Positions 1-9,128 of a stretch of 64,000 bases of DNA are shown here, piece by piece (within the stretch, counting starts at the first letter, position 1; each line of letters opens with the position of its first letter). Source of the DNA: a bacterium. Its GTDB lineage: Bacteria > Zixibacteria > MSB-5A5 > GN15 > FEB-12. Below the pieces are notes generated by a model. That model was not told the origin of the DNA. It saw nothing but the letters and a program-made list of their open reading frames with translations, and ran no database searches. The stretch spans positions 32,001 through 96,000 of the forward strand of contig JBDRNJ010000072.1 of the NCBI GenBank assembly GCA_043811375.1. Direction: 5' to 3'. The translations under genes were made by a program, and so were the position numbers.

Positions 1-318
1 CGCTACAGCATCATAGATACCATTAGACATGGCGATCCCGATCTCCTTGGCCGACGAGACCAGGTTCTTGAGATCGGCCAGAATGCTGTCATACGACTGC
101 AGCCAGGTTTGACCCTGGGAAATGTTGCTGCGGTACTGTTCATTCTTCTTCAGTTCGGTGCGGTAGATAAGGTCCCGCTGGGTGCCGATGGGGTCATCAG
201 AGGGCACGTTGATACGACGCCCGGTGGAAATCTGGGTTTGTTTGTCCAGGAAACGCCGAATAGATCGCTGCATATTGAAAACAACGCGATCACTGATCAT
301 GCTGTTGGTAATTCGCAT
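1..318 (-). CDS. flgL: Flagellar hook-associated protein 3, N-terminal part (runs off window)
   Basis: Not in ORF track. Manual translation gives MRITNSMISDRVVFNMQRSIRRFLDKQTQISTGRRINVPSDDPIG..., the flagellin-N/FlgL 'STG.RI..PSDDP' motif. GGGAG RBS upstream; lies downstream of flgK. Confidence 0.92.
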   Translation of the reverse strand, partial: MRITNSMISDRVVFNMQRSIRRFLDKQTQISTGRRINVPSDDPIGTQRDLIYRTELKKNEQYRSNISQGQTWLQSYDSILADLKNLVSSAKEIGIAMSNGIYDAVA

Positions 319-344
319 CTGTCAACTCCCTACCACAGCTTGCC

Positions 345-686
345 TTAGCTTCCTTGAGGCCGTCTGTCATCCCGGCCGGAAGGCCGGTTGCCTCGCCGGG
401 GTTTACTTTTGTAATCAATCCGGGTCATCTTGTTCGGGTCGTCTGGTTTGCCCTTAATCTTATCCTTCAGAAGTTTGACCATACTGACCAAATCTCCCTT
501 GATCGATTTTGAGGCCTTGCGATTTTCCTGCTGGATCTTAACATAAATCTCTTCCCGGTGAACGACTATATCCGAGGGAGCATCAATTCCCAGACGCACC
601 TGGCGTCCGTGAACGCCCAGCACGGAGACCTTGATACTGTCTCCGATGGTAATTGATTCACCCAACCTCCGTGTCAGTATGAGCAC
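345..686 (-). CDS. csrA: Carbon storage regulator CsrA with C-terminal extension
   Basis: [16 protein letters not shown]...GIDAP...VHREEIY..IQ.EN signature. Confidence 0.96.
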   Translation of the reverse strand: MLILTRRLGESITIGDSIKVSVLGVHGRQVRLGIDAPSDIVVHREEIYVKIQQENRKASKSIKGDLVSMVKLLKDKIKGKPDDPNKMTRIDYKSKPRRGNRPSGRDDRRPQGS

Positions 687-728
687 ACTACCCTCCGTGG
701 TACTTGTGTTAGCGGCGTTTCCCAGCGC

Positions 729-2123
729 CTATCGGCCTACTATACCCATTCTAAGAATCACCGTATCCAAAGCCTCATCCATGACAGTGATGATTCTGGC
801 GGCAGCGTCATAAGCATGCTGGGATTTCACCAAATTGGTCATTTCTTCATCCAAGGAAACACCCTGAACCGACTGTCGGGCATTATATACCTGGTGTACC
901 AACAGTTCACTATTTTCGGAAAACGATCTGGCCTGGTATGCTTCCACTCCCAACCGGCCTACCACGCTGTTATAATAGTTATTGAGCGTGGAAGTGTTGT
1001 TTTCCATGATTTTCTGGTTGCGCAGAGTCTGTATTGCCAGAGCGACGGAATTGTCGCCCACTTCCCCGGTTCCGGAGGCAGCGATCCTGGCTGTATCGTT
1101 CTCCACAATCGGATTCAGTCGGATATTGGCAGCATCAGTATAGTTGGCGTCAAAGAAATTATTGCCGGTACTTCCATCCAGGCCGTAACCGGCGCTGTGG
1201 AGAGAATTGACCCGCTGTACCAGTTCCTGCACGATGTTGTTGAGTTCGTTCTGGTAACGTGGTATGAGGATGTCACGGGTATCCATCAGCCCCTTAATCT
1301 GACCGTTGTTGTTGGTGATGGTGATAGTGCTGTTCCCCAGGAGCAACCGATGCCCGATGGTGCCATCCCCCGTAAACGTCTCAGAAGTTATCGTAGTGGT
1401 ATCAGGTCCGTCAACGATTCCCATCGCGCCTATATACACTGTCAATTCGCCATTGTCCTGTTCGAGCGTGTTGACATCGACCAGCAGAGCCAGTTCATCG
1501 ACCAGCCGGTCACGGATATCGCGCAGATCGTTGGCCCGATTACCTCCCAACTCCTGCATCTTAACCTGATTGTTGAGTAGAGCGATTTCAGCCGACAGGC
1601 GGTTGACATCGTTGACCATAGCGACCATATCGGAGTCGGTCGCTTCCTGCAGAGTCGACAACTGGTTGGCCATCTGGTGAAATCGGCTGGTTAACAGGTT
1701 GGTATACTCCAGCACCGCTACCCGATGGCTGGTGGAACTGGGATTGGTAGAGAGGTCGGACCAAGCATCCCAGAAATCGTTGATGAGATCCGACAGGGTG
1801 TTGTCGTTGGGTTCGCCGAAAAGGGCCTCGACCTGGTAGAGTATCTTATCCTTGTAGGACCACTGTCCCAGCGCCTTGGTCTCCCGGCGGTATTGCTCAC
1901 CGAGAAAGAGGTCGCGCACGTGCCTGATATCAGTTGCTTCAACACCGGAGCCGATGGCACCGATCGTGTTGAACTCAGGCCGGGTGGACGTAATACGCAC
2001 CCGCTGGCGGCTGTAACCGGGAGTATCTACGTTGGCAATATTGTGGCCGATGGTTTGCAGATAAATCTGGTGTGTCAGCAGAGCCCGTTTACCCAGTTCA
2101 ATCGTCTGGAACAATCCCGCCAT
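729..2123 (-). CDS. flgK: Flagellar hook-associated protein 1
   Basis: GHNIANVDTPGYSRQ N-terminus; GVSLDEEMTNL..QHAY.AAAR C-terminus. Confidence 0.96.
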   Translation of the reverse strand: MAGLFQTIELGKRALLTHQIYLQTIGHNIANVDTPGYSRQRVRITSTRPEFNTIGAIGSGVEATDIRHVRDLFLGEQYRRETKALGQWSYKDKILYQVEALFGEPNDNTLSDLINDFWDAWSDLSTNPSSTSHRVAVLEYTNLLTSRFHQMANQLSTLQEATDSDMVAMVNDVNRLSAEIALLNNQVKMQELGGNRANDLRDIRDRLVDELALLVDVNTLEQDNGELTVYIGAMGIVDGPDTTTITSETFTGDGTIGHRLLLGNSTITITNNNGQIKGLMDTRDILIPRYQNELNNIVQELVQRVNSLHSAGYGLDGSTGNNFFDANYTDAANIRLNPIVENDTARIAASGTGEVGDNSVALAIQTLRNQKIMENNTSTLNNYYNSVVGRLGVEAYQARSFSENSELLVHQVYNARQSVQGVSLDEEMTNLVKSQHAYDAAARIITVMDEALDTVILRMGIVGR

Positions 2124-2605
2124 CAGACTCTCCTGTCCACGGCCACATTAGCCGACACCGGAACCGTCCCGGCGCGGGCGTAGGCACCATCGGGTGTGTG
2201 TAACTTAGCCAGTTGCTTCATCGTTTTGGCGATGTACTCTCGGGACCGGTTCAGCAGCACGGCATTCTGATTGCGAACGTGCAACATCTTGTCATTGAGA
2301 CTGAGGATGGTGTCACGCAGACGGGACAACCGGTCGGATCGATTGCTATCAACCATATCCAGCAGCCGGGTCACGCTGAGATCACCCTCGACCGCGTTGG
2401 CCACCTTGATCTCTTCAATCAGTTGTTCTCGCTGCCGACTCAGAATGCGGCTCTCTATCATTTTTTCACGCTGAAGTTCCGTCACTTGATTGAGTCCTTC
2501 GACGTCATTGGCCACCAGCATCCGCTGCTGTTGCTCAAGCAATTCAAGGAACGACTCAAAGAGAGCCGCTTCCTTGCCCAGAATGTGAATCAATTTTTCT
2601 ACCAT
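2123..2605 (-). CDS. flgN: Flagellar export chaperone FlgN
   Basis: 160-aa helical protein with 'N..N..LL' and a C-terminal Y...G motif, immediately upstream of flgK. Confidence 0.85.
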   Translation of the reverse strand: MVEKLIHILGKEAALFESFLELLEQQQRMLVANDVEGLNQVTELQREKMIESRILSRQREQLIEEIKVANAVEGDLSVTRLLDMVDSNRSDRLSRLRDTILSLNDKMLHVRNQNAVLLNRSREYIAKTMKQLAKLHTPDGAYARAGTVPVSANVAVDRRV

Positions 2606-2638
2606 GTTGGCTCGCTTCCGATTGCGGGCATATCAATT

Positions 2639-2666
2639 TTATCGGATAGTTGTCATGCGATCTTTA
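2639..2666 (-). promoter_or_regulatory. Sigma28 (FliA)-type promoter for flgN-flgK-csrA-flgL
   Basis: TAAA-N16-TCCGATAA on minus strand, 34 bp upstream of flgN start. Confidence 0.7.
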
Positions 2667-3589
2667 GCCTCGTTAGACACGTCTCGGTGGCGTAATGCGA
2701 GGCGATTCATCACTCGGTCAATATACTCGGTTGTTTCCTTAAACGGCGGCACGCCCTGGTAATGCTGAACACGCCCCGGTCCGGCATTGTAAGCGGCCAG
2801 GGCCAGTTTCAGGTCACCAAAACGATCCAGCAGACGTTTGAGATAGCGGCTGCCGGCCAGAATGTTCTCCCGGGGATCAAATGGCCGAGTCACACTATAA
2901 TCCTGTATTGTGGAATCAGTCAGTTGCATGAGACCTTTGGCCCCGGCGTGGGAGACAGCTCGCGGGTTGCCGCTGGATTCTGTCTCGATAACGGCGCAAA
3001 TGAGGGCAGAGTCCAGTGATGTCTCGCCGGCGGCTTCATCTATAATACTGCCGTATCGGGCCATAACGGGATCCGATCGGTCCCGGGGTGCTTGCGCCCG
3101 AGGCGGCAGAGCTGCCGGATGATGCCGTGAGATCGAAAGTGGCGAAGCCATCGGCAGCGGGATATCCGGTCGCCGGCGCCCCAGCGGGATAGCCCGTGGT
3201 GGCGGCGCCTTTAATGATTTGATGGCCGCTTCCGGTTCCTGCCCGTGCTGCCGCTCCAGTACCTGCTCCATAGAATGGTAGAGGATTTCGGCGATTGAAC
3301 TGTTGCCGGATCCGGACATTTTTCGGGCCAGTTCCATGTCGAACATTTGCGTGAAAGTTTCTTTGCCCAGGTCACCCGAGAGAGCGCCCTGTTTCGACAG
3401 ATCGCTTTTGGGAATCGTCTGGCGCATAGTCTTGAGCATCTCGTACATGAACAGCGATTCGAACTCCGCTGCGGCCCGCCGCAGCCGCTGTTTCTCCGAG
3501 GCCAGACCACCCCGGCCGGAGCCTTTGAGTTTCTCCAGGTCCGATTGAGGGTAGACTCCCACGGTGGCTTTGGATACCGGGTAAGACAT
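2639..3589 (-). CDS. flgJ: FlgJ-like rod-binding protein fused to SLT lytic transglycosylase domain
   Basis: N-term 'L..AA.EFESLF...MLK.MR' rod-binding motif; C-term 'ES.GNP.AVS..GAKGLMQL', 'ALAAYNAG', 'PPFKET..Y' SLT motifs; follows flgI. Confidence 0.85.
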   Translation of the reverse strand: MSYPVSKATVGVYPQSDLEKLKGSGRGGLASEKQRLRRAAAEFESLFMYEMLKTMRQTIPKSDLSKQGALSGDLGKETFTQMFDMELARKMSGSGNSSIAEILYHSMEQVLERQHGQEPEAAIKSLKAPPPRAIPLGRRRPDIPLPMASPLSISRHHPAALPPRAQAPRDRSDPVMARYGSIIDEAAGETSLDSALICAVIETESSGNPRAVSHAGAKGLMQLTDSTIQDYSVTRPFDPRENILAGSRYLKRLLDRFGDLKLALAAYNAGPGRVQHYQGVPPFKETTEYIDRVMNRLALRHRDVSNEAKDRMTTIR

Positions 3590-4722
3590 CAGAGTATAAT
3601 CAGCTCCGCTCTGAGGGCACCCACCTGTTTGAGAGCCTGGAAGATGGCAATGATGTCACGTGGCGTGGCCCCGATCCGGTTCATCGCTTTGGCAATATCA
3701 GCCAGATACACTGACCGTTCTAAGTGTACCACCCGTGCCATCTCATCGGTTACCGTGATCCGCGACTCGGAAGTTACGACCGTTTCGCCGGCGGAAAACG
3801 GCTGCGGCTGCGATATGACGGGGGTGGACCTGATGTCGACCGTTATAGTGCCGTGAGCCACCGCTACCGGCTCGATGGTCACATGCTGCCCGGCTACGAT
3901 GGTACCGGTCTTCTCGTTGATAACCACCCGGGCGCTGTTGTCCGGCACCACCTGAAGCAGTCCTATATCGGAAATGAACTTCATCCGCGTAGTAGGATGA
4001 GACAACGAATCCGGAACCATTATCCGGATAGCGCCGCCATCGATGGGATAAGCCATCAGCCCGTACTTGATGTTGATTCGTTCAGCGATGCGATGGGCAG
4101 TCGTGGGATCGGGATTGTGCAGTGAAAGATAAAACTCCCGGTAGGTATCCTCGGGTGTCGGCAGCGCACCGGTGATCTTGCCGCCACCCGGCACCCGACC
4201 GACCAGAGTGTAATTGTTGACGATTTTATTGTCGTCCACCTGAATATTGAAACCGCCGATGGAAACCGGTCCCTGGGCAACAGCGTATACAACCCCGTCC
4301 GGGCCGGACAGCGGCGTCAGCAGCAGAGTGCCGCCCTGCAGCGAGCCGGCGTCGCCCACGGATGAGACGGTGACGTCAAAATAGGCGCCGTCCGTTTGAT
4401 GACTGGATATGCGCGCCGTAACGATTACCGCAGCAACATTCTTAACCTTGACCTTGTCGGCCTCGACTGTCAGCCCCATGCGTTCCATCATATTGACCAG
4501 TGACTGCACTGTAAACTGTGTGCCGGTGCCGTCACCGGTGCCGTCCAGACCGATTATCAAGCCATAACCGACCAGGTCAACTTCCTGCTTGTTCTGGAAA
4601 GAACAGATGTCCTTAACCCTGACTTTACCGGCGTGAAGGGAAGTACCGAGAGTGACCAGGATGATCAGCACCAGCACCCAACGCCACCAGATGCGACCGG
4701 TTCTAATGGTAATAGTTGACAT
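3589..4722 (-). CDS. flgI: Flagellar P-ring protein
   Basis: RVKDI..., LVGYGLIIGLDGTGD, SLQGGTLL.TPL, VVINEKTGTIV, LQALK..GAL.AEL-type end. Confidence 0.96.
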   Translation of the reverse strand: MSTITIRTGRIWWRWVLVLIILVTLGTSLHAGKVRVKDICSFQNKQEVDLVGYGLIIGLDGTGDGTGTQFTVQSLVNMMERMGLTVEADKVKVKNVAAVIVTARISSHQTDGAYFDVTVSSVGDAGSLQGGTLLLTPLSGPDGVVYAVAQGPVSIGGFNIQVDDNKIVNNYTLVGRVPGGGKITGALPTPEDTYREFYLSLHNPDPTTAHRIAERINIKYGLMAYPIDGGAIRIMVPDSLSHPTTRMKFISDIGLLQVVPDNSARVVINEKTGTIVAGQHVTIEPVAVAHGTITVDIRSTPVISQPQPFSAGETVVTSESRITVTDEMARVVHLERSVYLADIAKAMNRIGATPRDIIAIFQALKQVGALRAELIIL

Positions 4723-4731
4723 ACTATTCTC

Positions 4732-5322
4732 CTAAAAAAGCCAGCTTAAGAAACGGGATATGGGTCCCGGTCGGGAACTGGTGCTGGCGTTGCCCTTACC
4801 CGAGTAATGGATTTCAGCATCGGCAATCAGGTAAGAATCGATAGTGTTTTGCGGCGTTACATCTTTTTGCCTGACAACACCGGCCAGGTTAAGTGTCTCC
4901 CGGTCACCGGAGAGACCGATAGTACGGGAGCCTTCGATAATGAGATCACCACTTGGTTTGACCGCCACCACTGTTACCGACATCCTGGCTCGCAGGCTGC
5001 CGTTGCGGATATTCTCACCCTTGCCGTCATGCGAACCCTTGGTGCTGCCGTCGGCGCCAAACAATGGCAGGAAATCCAAGGGACCGACACCCGGGCCTCC
5101 TTTGGCGGAGAACTTGGACGTTTTTTCGGTCTTGGTTTCCACCTTCTGGGACGCCTGGTTCTGCTCATAGATAAGCACGGTTAGAATATCACCGACCTTG
5201 TGGGCCTTGATATCCGTGAACAACGACTGGTTCTGCCCGAAATCCTGGCCCTGCGTTCTCATTGATAGGAACGGCAACAACAACAGTATCAACAGTACTA
5301 TCAGCGCGGTTTTGTATCTCAT
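4732..5322 (-). CDS. flgH: Flagellar L-ring protein (no lipobox Cys)
   Basis: SLF.D.KA..VGDILTV.I.E, G.VR..DV...NTI.S..IADA.I.YSG.G motifs; between flgA and flgI; start chosen at ATG 5322 after AAAGGTG. Confidence 0.92.
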   Translation of the reverse strand: MRYKTALIVLLILLLLPFLSMRTQGQDFGQNQSLFTDIKAHKVGDILTVLIYEQNQASQKVETKTEKTSKFSAKGGPGVGPLDFLPLFGADGSTKGSHDGKGENIRNGSLRARMSVTVVAVKPSGDLIIEGSRTIGLSGDRETLNLAGVVRQKDVTPQNTIDSYLIADAEIHYSGKGNASTSSRPGPISRFLSWLF

Positions 5323-5349
5323 TTCTGCACCTTTCATCAGACTGACGGC

Positions 5350-6042
5350 TTAGCGGTCGACCGCCACCACGGTTTCATCGACCACCCGGGCTACAATAAT
5401 TTTTCCCGACTGTCTGTTTTTCACTTTGACATATTCCCCGGCTATCCCCGCTTGCAGGGCCACCCCGGCCACAGTAATGCGGAACAGATCATCGACGTAG
5501 ACGATGGATACTTCCCTCCCGGCCTCGATATCGGGCACCGGCTCAACGGCACCGGTGGTGAGGATGGTACCCCGGCGAAGATTGCGCCTGGCCCGGAAGC
5601 CGTCGATTTCGGACAGTGTCCGCAGAGGTGTCTCATTCAGAGAGGTGACGTCCATACGCCTGATAGTCAGGCATTGCCCGGTCAGCAACTGGCGGTTTCT
5701 GATCTTGTCGGCAGCCACCAGGACATCGGCGAATTTCTTTATACGCAGCCGCACCTGTCCGCTCTCTATGACCCGCCCGTCGTCTTTGACATCAACCATG
5801 ACGGTAAACAGCCCCAATGGTTCTTTGGGCGTCAGCGGGCGGATGATGATATCATCCGACTCGATGTCGACTGATTTCAAGCGACAGGAGAGAACTTCGA
5901 CGGCATAGGCATTGGTATCCAGATCGTACATAGCGGCCAGCCTGCCGGTAATGGCCTGTTCACAGGTAGCCGCCTGCGGCGACTCGCCCGAAACCAGGAG
6001 CGCCACTACAACCGTTAGCAAAACCGCCAGATAGTTTTTCAT
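5350..6042 (-). CDS. flgA: P-ring assembly chaperone FlgA
   Basis: Signal peptide, SAF-like region, 'G.ALQ.G..GE.V.VKN..SGKII.ARV' motif. Confidence 0.92.
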   Translation of the reverse strand: MKNYLAVLLTVVVALLVSGESPQAATCEQAITGRLAAMYDLDTNAYAVEVLSCRLKSVDIESDDIIIRPLTPKEPLGLFTVMVDVKDDGRVIESGQVRLRIKKFADVLVAADKIRNRQLLTGQCLTIRRMDVTSLNETPLRTLSEIDGFRARRNLRRGTILTTGAVEPVPDIEAGREVSIVYVDDLFRITVAGVALQAGIAGEYVKVKNRQSGKIIVARVVDETVVAVDR

Positions 6043-6049
6043 GGTATCG

Positions 6050-6838
6050 TTACCTCTTGAGATTGTTGGCGATGCCGGCCATGTCGTCGGCGGTCTGAAT
6101 AGCCTTGGAGTTCATTTCGTACGACCGCTGGGCGACGATCATGTTTACCATTTCATCGATGACCTTGACGTTGGACGTTTCCAGGGCACCCTGATCGATC
6201 TGCCCCATACCGCTCTGGGTCGGGACATCGGTGATAGGGTCTCCGGAAGCCCCAGTAGGCATCAACAGATTGTGTCCGATAGCCATCAGTCCGGCCGGAT
6301 TCACAAAACGGGCCAGTTCGATCTGTCCGATCTGGGTCGGCTCATCCTGCCCGACCAGCAGCACCTCAATCACACCGTCGCTGCCTACGGATACCGCCGT
6401 GGCATCCTCGGGTATGGTCAACTCCGGTAACATAAAGTAGCCGTCGCTGGTTACTACCCGGCCATCGGCCGACAGTTTGAAAGCGCCGTCCCTGGTGTAG
6501 GCGGTAGTGCCGTCGGGATACTGAACCTGGAAGAACCCATCGCCACTGATGGCCAGGTCCAGCGGATTGCCGGTGGGCATCAGGGTACCTCCGGAGAAAT
6601 GCCTGACAGTGGAGCTGGCCCGGGTCCCGTAACCGATAGCCAGACCGGTCGGCAGTTCCGAACCAACCGCCGTGGCGCTTCCGGCACGACGATAATTCTG
6701 GTATAAAACATCCTGAAACTCCACCTTGCTTCTTTTGAAACCGGTGGTGTTCACGTTGGCCAGATTGTTGGCGATATTGTCCACATTCATCTGCTGCGCC
6801 AGCATACCTGACGCCGCAGTTCGCATAGCTTTGAGCAT
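6050..6838 (-). CDS. flgG: Distal rod protein FlgG
   Basis: IANNLANVNTTGFK, FQDVLYQ, YTRDGAF, LETSNV..EMV.MI.AQR.YE.NSK. Confidence 0.97.
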   Translation of the reverse strand: MLKAMRTAASGMLAQQMNVDNIANNLANVNTTGFKRSKVEFQDVLYQNYRRAGSATAVGSELPTGLAIGYGTRASSTVRHFSGGTLMPTGNPLDLAISGDGFFQVQYPDGTTAYTRDGAFKLSADGRVVTSDGYFMLPELTIPEDATAVSVGSDGVIEVLLVGQDEPTQIGQIELARFVNPAGLMAIGHNLLMPTGASGDPITDVPTQSGMGQIDQGALETSNVKVIDEMVNMIVAQRSYEMNSKAIQTADDMAGIANNLKR

Positions 6839-6865
6839 GGCTTCTCCAAATCAAAAGCGCTTATG

Positions 6866-7597
6866 TCAGCCCGTCTTGCCGACGCGCTGGAACAGATGTT
6901 CCAGCGACCGGTCCTGGGCTTGCAGGGCGCGTGAGTTTGCCTCGTAAGCGCGGAAAGAGACAATCATTTCGATCATCTCCCCCACGACATCAACGTTAGA
7001 CGCCTCCAGGTATCCCTGGCGGATTTCAGCCTGGGTTACCGGTATCAGTTCCACACCTTCGGGAACCAGAAAAAGCGAGTTGCCTATTTTATTCAGACTT
7101 TGCAGGTCATCGACGGTCACCGGTACGATACGCCCGACCGCAGATCCATCGACCTCCACTCCACCCGACTGATCCACCGTCACCTTACCGTTGCCTGCCT
7201 CAATCGGCCCTCCTTCCCCCAGCAGAAAAGCACCACCGGGAAAAACCATGAACCCCTCATTGTTTATTGTAAAGGAACCGGATCGAGTCAGAGCCTGGGT
7301 ACCGTCAGCAAGTTCGAGCGTAAAAAATCCATCGCCGTCGATGGCCAAGTCCAGCGGATTGCCGGTCTTGTCAAAGGTACCGGAAGCAAAATCCGTGTAG
7401 GTCTCATTGACCATCGGCTGATGCCAGTCGGTCCGGGTGGGTATCAGTTTTTTCTCTGCCCGGCTGAGTTCTTTGGTGAAAAGCATGTCGCGCTTATATC
7501 CGGGAGTGCTGACGTTAGATATATTGTGAGCCGTCAGTTCCTGTTTCTTGATCCGGGGCAACATTCCCGAGGCCGATGTATACAAACCCTTAATCAT
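6866..7597 (-). CDS. flgF: Proximal rod protein FlgF
   Basis: MIKGLYTSASGM start with GGAGG RBS; TGNPLDLAIDGDGFF; GYLEASNV; upstream of flgG. Confidence 0.9.
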   Translation of the reverse strand: MIKGLYTSASGMLPRIKKQELTAHNISNVSTPGYKRDMLFTKELSRAEKKLIPTRTDWHQPMVNETYTDFASGTFDKTGNPLDLAIDGDGFFTLELADGTQALTRSGSFTINNEGFMVFPGGAFLLGEGGPIEAGNGKVTVDQSGGVEVDGSAVGRIVPVTVDDLQSLNKIGNSLFLVPEGVELIPVTQAEIRQGYLEASNVDVVGEMIEMIVSFRAYEANSRALQAQDRSLEHLFQRVGKTG

Positions 7598-7620
7598 GGT
7601 ATCCTCCGCCGACAGATAAA

Positions 7621-7636
7621 GCATGGGCTGTGCCAA
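7621..7636 (-). promoter_or_regulatory. Sigma54 -24/-12 promoter of flgF operon
   Basis: TTGGCAC-AGCCC-ATGC on minus strand with correct GG-N10-GC spacing, 24 bp upstream of flgF. Confidence 0.75.
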
Positions 7637-7736
7637 CAATCTCGGGGTCGCCGGAAGTGACGAAATACCAAGTTGTTACGGATATTATTCGGGGCCGCTT
7701 CGAACCCGGGGGGATTATTAAAAGGAAACTATTTCT

Positions 7737-8012
7737 TCAGACCCTGGGATATTTTTTCATTGGTCCGGGGGGGGGTGCCGTGGATTTGTCGGATACTACC
7801 GATTTCTTCAAATTGGCGTGCCGGGCGCGGGTTTTGTCGATCAATCGGTCAACTGCTTCATTAAAACGGCTCTCACTGTAGAACTCTCCGTTGGATTGCT
7901 GGTACAAAGGACAGTCGGCTTTGTAGCCGAAGCATTTCAGTTCTTCGGCCAGATAGCAAGCCTTCAGGTAAACACAGCGTTCGGACCTTTTGCAGATCGA
8001 CTCGCGGTTCAT
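7737..8012 (-). CDS. Small Cys-rich hypothetical protein
   Basis: ORF with C-x5-C-x5-C-x7-C-x6-C filling the intergenic gap, co-oriented with flagellar genes; GCCGATAA motif at 8021-8028 just upstream of ATG 8012. Confidence 0.6.
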   Translation of the reverse strand: MNRESICKRSERCVYLKACYLAEELKCFGYKADCPLYQQSNGEFYSESRFNEAVDRLIDKTRARHANLKKSVVSDKSTAPPPGPMKKYPRV

Positions 8013-8312
8013 AGTCGGCATTATCGGCAACTGACGCCGTCCGGATGAGTCCCCCGGGGATCACAATTCGGTGATCGTGGGTAATCCGCTTGCAGGCAAG
8101 ACTGAATTGAAGTGCATACGTAAGGAGTGAAGCTAAAAAACCTGTTGCTTTCCGACGGCGCAAACCTTATATTTCCGAGGATCAAAGAAGCGTACTATCA
8201 AGTACTTACAGAAGCGTCTCCGGACGCACTCTGATATTTGACAGATTTTCAGTATTCCTGTCGAGACAGCATCTTATTTGCTTAAAAACAGGTTTGTTGT
8301 ACAAGAGGTAAT

Positions 8313-9077
8313 TTGATGCACACAAGAATGTTTTTTATCACCGGTGCCCTTCTGATAATGTCACTGGTCCCCTGCTGGGGTCAGACATTGATCGAAGATC
8401 CCGGAAATCCTGACTGGGTAATGGTGGATTCGGCCATAGTATCCAAGTCCGGACCTGGTTTGGTGGCGATCGATTTTGTCAATGATGAGTCCCTGGCTGG
8501 AATCGAAATAACGTTGATCTTCGACTCACCCGACCTGACCATAGACTCGATTTCGTTTGCCGCATCCAGGGTGGAATATGCCACAGTCAAGGGATTCATG
8601 ACCAGCGACAGTACCATCACGGTTTACTGTTTCCCCATTTCCGAGGAACAACTGATTGCTCCCGGTACCGGATTGTTCGGGACCTTGTACTTCTCCTACC
8701 CGCCTTCAATCGACGACCAGGTGGTCATAATTGACACTTTCACGATAATCAACGGCGACATTGAGTACTCCACAACATTTTCCGATTCGATATCCAATGT
8801 CTTCAAACCGCAATTTCAGAAAGGCTATCTTGACATCCAGGGCGGCAGTAGTTGTTGCATCGGTAATCGTGGTAATGTAGACGGCAGCCCGGACGATGTC
8901 ATCAGTGTGGGCGACCTGACCTATCTGGTAGCCTATCTCTTCCAGGGCGGAGCTCCCCCGCCATGTATGCCGGAGGGCAATGTCGATGGCGATGAACTGG
9001 GTGTGGTCGTCGGAGACCTGACGTACCTGGTGGCTTATCTGTTCCAGGGAGGAGCAAACCCGCCCTTGTGCCCCTGA
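8313..9077 (+). CDS. Secreted cohesin-like beta-sandwich protein with C-terminal dockerin-like domain
   Basis: Signal peptide; 'V.IDF.N...LAGIEI.L.F...L.IDS.SF..SR' cohesin-like pattern; duplicated GNVDG...GDLTYLVAYLFQGG..PP.C. Confidence 0.8.
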   Translation: MMHTRMFFITGALLIMSLVPCWGQTLIEDPGNPDWVMVDSAIVSKSGPGLVAIDFVNDESLAGIEITLIFDSPDLTIDSISFAASRVEYATVKGFMTSDSTITVYCFPISEEQLIAPGTGLFGTLYFSYPPSIDDQVVIIDTFTIINGDIEYSTTFSDSISNVFKPQFQKGYLDIQGGSSCCIGNRGNVDGSPDDVISVGDLTYLVAYLFQGGAPPPCMPEGNVDGDELGVVVGDLTYLVAYLFQGGANPPLCP

Positions 9078-9128
9078 AATCGATGAGTATTGTTGCCCCC
9101 TGCCGTCATTAGCCAACCGGTACTTCCC

